A stretch of DNA of 61,909 nt, counting the filler, from Choristocarpus tenellus KU-1152 (lineage: Eukaryota; Protista; Phaeophyceae): the NCBI GenBank assembly GCA_964200185.2. It is 10 parts of 10 records of this genome, joined end to end, with 100 filler letters (N's around TTAATTAATTAA, not from the genome) between each part and the next. Parts side by side here need not be neighbours in the genome. Positions count along the whole stretch, not along the records: positions 59,371 to 61,909 come from CAXNAD020026944.1; 9 more parts are not named here. The stretch is one strand, 5' to 3'. Made by a program: the position numbers and the translations under genes. The notes under the pieces are model-generated. The model was not told the DNA's origin. It did no database searches and worked only from the letters and a program-made list of their open reading frames with translations. Of this stretch, positions 61,800 through 61,909 are shown piece by piece (within the stretch, counting starts at the first letter, position 1; every line of letters starts with the position of its first letter).

Positions 61800-61909
61800 G
61801 ACTGAAAGTATCTTAGAGGGTACGAGTTTTGCCCTGTTTGTCCATTTGGGGGTTGGCTTCCTGTGTTCATTTTTATGATATTTTCCCACTCCAAAATGTT
61901 TCGGAGTAG
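61800..61909 (-). mobile_element. MITE family B, truncated by the window end
   Basis: GACTGAAAGTATCTTAGAGGGTA..., reverse-complement homolog of 60128-60239. Confidence 0.85.

Overview
Eukaryotic, intron-rich nuclear DNA, most likely an ochrophyte/brown-algal-type stramenopile (inferred from GT-AG introns, TTAGGG repeats and the eIF3g tail). The window is not one locus. It is 10 contigs joined by artificial 100-bp linkers (44 N + TTAATTAATTAA + 44 N), so adjacency across linkers means nothing. Genes reconstructed by hand from splice sites: a 25-exon, >=1630-aa multi-pass membrane protein with an IPT/TIG-like ectodomain (16-13528, 5'-truncated); a complete 5-exon secreted Spondin_N protein; the 3' end of eIF3g; a Tudor-domain gene; a TruD/PUS7-like gene; part of a fungal-type GT2 glycosyltransferase; and several unknown gene fragments. 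Intergenic and intronic DNA is full of transposon relics: two related MITE families sharing an AAAGTATCT terminal core (12 copies or fragments, family A sitting at 8 contig ends), CRE-like LINE ends, Gypsy and Copia remnants, and a minisatellite whose units are separated by telomeric repeats. No rRNA, tRNA or CRISPR array was seen. I found no convincing new multi-gene system. The best leads are the giant membrane protein with a three-fold C-terminal motif, the MITE group and the telomere-spaced repeat. All family assignments come from motif recognition, not database searches.
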